Positions 59,744-64,000 of a stretch of 64,000 nt of DNA are shown piece by piece. How positions within the stretch are numbered: position 1 is the first letter of the stretch; each line of letters starts with the position of its first letter. Under the pieces are notes generated by a model. It was not told the origin of the DNA. It ran no database searches and was given only the letters and a program-made list of their open reading frames with translations. A program made the position numbers and the translations under genes. This DNA comes from Phoronis australis. Its lineage: Eukaryota > Animalia > Phoronida. The DNA lies in the NCBI GenBank assembly GCA_002633005.1, contig NMRA01000873.1, forward strand, positions 1-64,000. The letters are read 5' to 3'.

Positions 59744-62700
59744 CTATTTCCTGGGCTGCAGTTTCTTGCGATCTTCCCTCACTCTCCATTTCATCAGTTC
59801 CATGCACGCCTGGGCATCCTCATGTGAGTCGTGACCACCAACTGGAAGTAACACAGCACAACACTGTCATTTCTAGTGGGTAAACGTGCTATGGTGGACA
59901 AGCCTCAAGACACATTTTATGTTTTTACTGTGCATTTTGTGAATCAATCATGTGGAGGTGGAATGGTTCCAGCAGAAACAATTCAAAGCAGTAATAACTA
60001 GTAATAACAGCTTTCACACATCACGCCAGTGGCGGATTTAGAGGGGGGCCAAGGGGGCCATGGCCCCCCATAAAATTTTCCCAGATTGCATTTGGCAGTT
60101 CGGGGGTGGGAATGTCTGACGGGCTAATACTCTGCCTTGCCCCCCCAACTTAAAATCCTGGATCCACCACTGTACACCTTCACTTTTAAGGTTACATAGG
60201 ACCTTATAAACAAGAGTGTGCACTTAGTAAAATATCTGGAAAACTATAAATTTTAACTCTGTAAAAGTACTCAAAAAGCCCGTAGAATTTGATTTTTGAC
60301 TTTTTACCAATCTGTTATTAATTAATTGGGTCACATGACCATGTCATTTTATTAAAATTTAACAAAACAGAAAGATACAGTCACAGCACAACAACTGTAT
60401 CAATAAAATGGTCGACATATCAAAAACTAAGTTACAGTTTTCAAAAATATTTTATTTTCGTTATATTCAAATCATGAAAACCATGAAAGTCATACTTTAC
60501 GATAACCCCTCATACAAAAGTGGAATTTTTTTTAAATTCCTAAAATAAACATCATTTTTCAAACCACTGAGTAAAGCATAGTATCTGAAACTTTCACGTG
60601 AAATTGATAGGCCAATTCTAAGATATGATATTCCAAAGTCAGTCAAATTTGGTAATTTTTAGTCCCAGACTACCTCAAGACAGCTCATCACCTTTAGGTT
60701 GGAACAATTGAAGACCAGTTGTGTGGCTGTAAGGCTATGCTCACACGTTACTGAAGCTATAAAGCAGAGGTGTGCACGCTGACTTAAAAGGGAGGGTATA
60801 ACCGGTGGTTTCTGGACTTGAGAAAATCTGACAGTTCATATCTGCTGGAGACCATGCTTGGTGCATAAAATGATCAAGTAACAGTAAACTGTAATGTCTT
60901 TCCAGGTCCAGAAATCTCGTCTAATTTGACATCATTTGAATTGCTCAACAATGTCAACGTGGAGCGTATTATTTTACTATTACGTTATAATATTATTCTT
61001 GTTATCCAGCACACAGCTTTATGTATCCAGGCCTAGATGACATGAAAACTTTATTCTAGGGTGTTACTATTCATTGCAATAAATCACTTACCATCATCTT
61101 GAATGATTTTCTTGAGGTATTCGGCCATGAGAGTTTTGAGAGCTCGTTTGTAGGGGGCGCCGAGTCGATGAGGAAACACGACTGAGGTATCAACAACGGT
61201 GCTGTGAATCATCTGGGAACACAAAAAAGATACCTGACGGAGGTGAATCTTTGGAAGTTTTGGGGGTTTATTGAGTACTCGTGCCAAAACTTCTAATGGC
61301 AAAGACACTATGGTTAATGTTACATTACAAACTACTACTGATCTCTCAGATCAGAGGATGTTTCATTTTGTGCATATTTTACGTAAATGTTTCAGAAATA
61401 AAACTGTGCGGGGTTTTAACTCAATAAGTCTCCAGAGGTTTTCATTGATTTCTTAATCAGTCAAGGTCGCTACTGCAAGAATTAGTGACTTAAAACAAGT
61501 CAAGACAATTGTTTGCTGACAATAATTTATAAAAACTTGACAAACTGACTTAAAATTTGTAACTTGCAGCAAAGAAAAACTATCCAAAAAGCTATTTAAT
61601 TTACTTGCACAAATCTATTTTTATTACCTTTAAAGACAGAAGATCGCTTTCTAAACTATGGCCAATCAGAATGTTCTTATCACTGAACATGCTCAATAGC
61701 ACCGCTTGAACGTCTCGCAGTTTCGTTGTAACATTTTTAAAATCCTTTTCAGTCAGCCCACTGAATCTGAAAGTAAAGACCACTGCTTACGTCGACTTTA
61801 TTGATGTAGTTTGGTATCAGACTCTCTTGTACGCAAACTAAGTTAAACACATGGCATTGTTGCATATTAACAATTTTAATGGACACTCTCGCAATACATT
61901 TGTCAATTCTCTAAAAAGCAGCACCTACAATGGCGCAGATCCCCTAGAGATAAAATAAATAAATAAAATAGAATTATGAAAATGAGGGTTACATGGCTCT
62001 TTGGATGATCAACGAATACATCCAAAGTTTGAAAGAGTGTCCACTGAAATTATACAGTTAGACGAACTTACCTTAAGTGAAGGATGACTGTAATTTTATG
62101 TATCCCCAGAATTCCCCCAGAGTGCTAACATGAGATACGGACATGCGCAAAGCGAACCATTCTTTAAAGCTCTTCTGTGATCAAGAGAGTGCTAACAGGG
62201 TGGGATGTGGAGGGCATGTTAGCACTCTGGGGGAATTCTGGGGATACATAAAATTACAGTCATCCTTCACTTAAGGTAAGTTCGTCTAACTGTATAATTT
62301 NCCTTTTCAGTCAGCCCACTGAATCTGAAAGTAAAGACCACTGCTTACATCGACTTTATTGATGTAGTTTGGTATCAGACTCTCTTGTACGCAAACTAAG
62401 TTAAACACATGGCATTGTTGCATATTAACAATTTTAATGGACACTCTCGCAATACATTTGTCAATTCTCTAAAAAGCAGCATCTACAATGGCGCAGATCC
62501 CCTAGAGATAAAATAAATAAAAATAGAATTATGAAAATGAGGGTTACATGGCTCTTTGGATGATCAACGAATACATCCAAAGTTTGAAAGAGTGTCCACT
62601 GAAATTGTAAACAGACAACAGTATTGTGTCTATAATCAATTCTGACTTCACTAAAAAGTTGTTAAACATGAACTAGTAACTCCATCTAGTGTTTTAGAAA

Positions 62701-63533
62701 GATGGAACCAGTCATTTGACCGCTGGCGATACTGTTTTCAGGGCACAAATTGACAATGAATTATTCCACCTTTCTGAGTTTGATTACACCAAAAACAATT
62801 CACCAGTTCTTCCCAAATCCAGGAATAGCAGGAAGTGAAAATGGGTCGCAACAATAACATGAGGTGCCAAGTGGTGAAGGGTGGAATGAAAAAGGGTTGC
62901 ATAGAAAAGTACGCACAGGAATGGTTACAAGAACAGTAAGCACACAGTGGCTTTAACTTGCATGTTACCCTAATTATCTTACTACAAAAAACACGAATTG
63001 GTTTGTTGGCCACATCCCATTACCTAAGATGACCATATTTTACCATGTCATGTTGATACTGACATATCCAAAATTTGGTCTCACAATTTCCCTTACCACA
63101 ATAGAATTCTATTTCCGTTACCAAAAAGAGCATTCGACACCTTCACCGACCAAGGAAATGTTTCAGAGTTTATAAGGGGTTGACAGTTGAGCACAGTTCC
63201 ATCAAGTGTTTAAAGTAAGTTCTTGACCAACCCCAAAATTACAGATTTGAAAATGGTGTATGTATCCATTGACTGTGACTTGAGATGCCAGCTGATTCAC
63301 CAATAATTCAACATTGGAAGAACATGGTAATGTTTTTAATCCCCAATGTGCTTCAGCTAAAAACTGGACATTGATAGCTAAACAGAGACGAACTACAGCT
63401 TTAACTTTTTACAATACCTGGTGTTGCAGTCAACAATACGGTGACTAGGTAACACTGTGCTCTCATAGACAGGCTGTAGGTTGAAGTCAATGACGGTCAC
63501 CCGCGCCAACTCAATACCTCCCGTAGTATACAC
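59744..63533 (-). CDS. REXO1: RNA exonuclease 1 homolog (DEDDh), last four coding exons; 5' part beyond window end
   Basis: Exons 63533-63418, 61766-61628, 61212-61092, 59841-59744, all GT-AG and phase-consistent: [14 protein letters not shown]...DCNTRFSGLT...[14 protein letters not shown]...[23 protein letters not shown]...[20 protein letters not shown]. Confidence 0.93.
60028..60172 (-). mobile_element. G-rich MITE in REXO1 last intron
   Basis: TIR cagtggcggat / atccaccactg; homologous to 41192-41348. Confidence 0.75.
62055..62292. mobile_element. Young Tc1/mariner-type MITE with 78-bp perfect TIRs
   Basis: TA-cagttagacg...ctaacatg (62055-62132) mirrored at 62215-62292-TA. Confidence 0.9.
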
Positions 63534-64000
63534 CTGGAGAAACACATAATCATTGTCTTACAACATTACAGAAGGTGTGTATTGGTGTCTGTTCAGTAAT
63601 ATCAACCACTAACAAGACACTTGTGGCAAGAAATCACAGCTTAAACAACAAAAATAGAGGCTACCTGGATAACACATCTGCTGCACTGATAAACACAGTT
63701 TCTTCACTATGCCTTATAAACATGACTCACAAACCCAATGATCTCAAGTCACTGGCTCACAAAAACTGCTCACCAACTGCTAAACAAGGCTAACCGACAG
63801 CCAAACACAGAGCTGAACTCAAAATATGACTGACGCACACAAAAAAATCATGTCCAGACTCATGAACACTGACTGCCCAGCACAGCAGAAGGACATGGAG
63901 TCAGTAAGCCGTGACTAAAAGTTTAGTCACCAGCTTTTTGAGAACACTTGTTAAGATGTGTTTAGGTTTGTTTGGCTGTTAGTGAGTCGTGTTTGGCGGT

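Overview
Repeat-rich window from a fragmented, heterozygous invertebrate (metazoan, probably lophotrochozoan-type) assembly, with two N gaps (9997-10599, 44685-45471). It holds four host genes. (1) A 5-exon secreted serpin fused to an N-terminal chitin-binding type-2 (peritrophin-A/CBM14-like) domain (+, 28856-34051, about 485 aa). (2) A single-ORF Calx-beta membrane protein with two hydrophobic segments (+, 37706-39514). (3) A single-ORF helical-repeat protein ending in a dynein-type microtubule-binding domain but with no motor (+, 55630-57531). (4) The last four exons of REXO1 (-, 59744-63533). The cytoplasmic tail of gene 2 appears to carry the same ~50-aa helical repeat that builds gene 3, suggesting a linked membrane-to-microtubule module (inference). 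The rest is mostly transposons: a young Gypsy LTR element with TSD/PBS/PPT, a decayed Gypsy pol, a Sola3-like element, two Kolobok elements, ISL2EU/Harbinger pieces, LINE and Penelope fragments, tRNA-SINE heads, MITEs and a heat-shock-element-rich solo-LTR-like sequence. Two orphan histone 3' stem-loops are also present. All family assignments come from motif recognition by eye; no searches were run.
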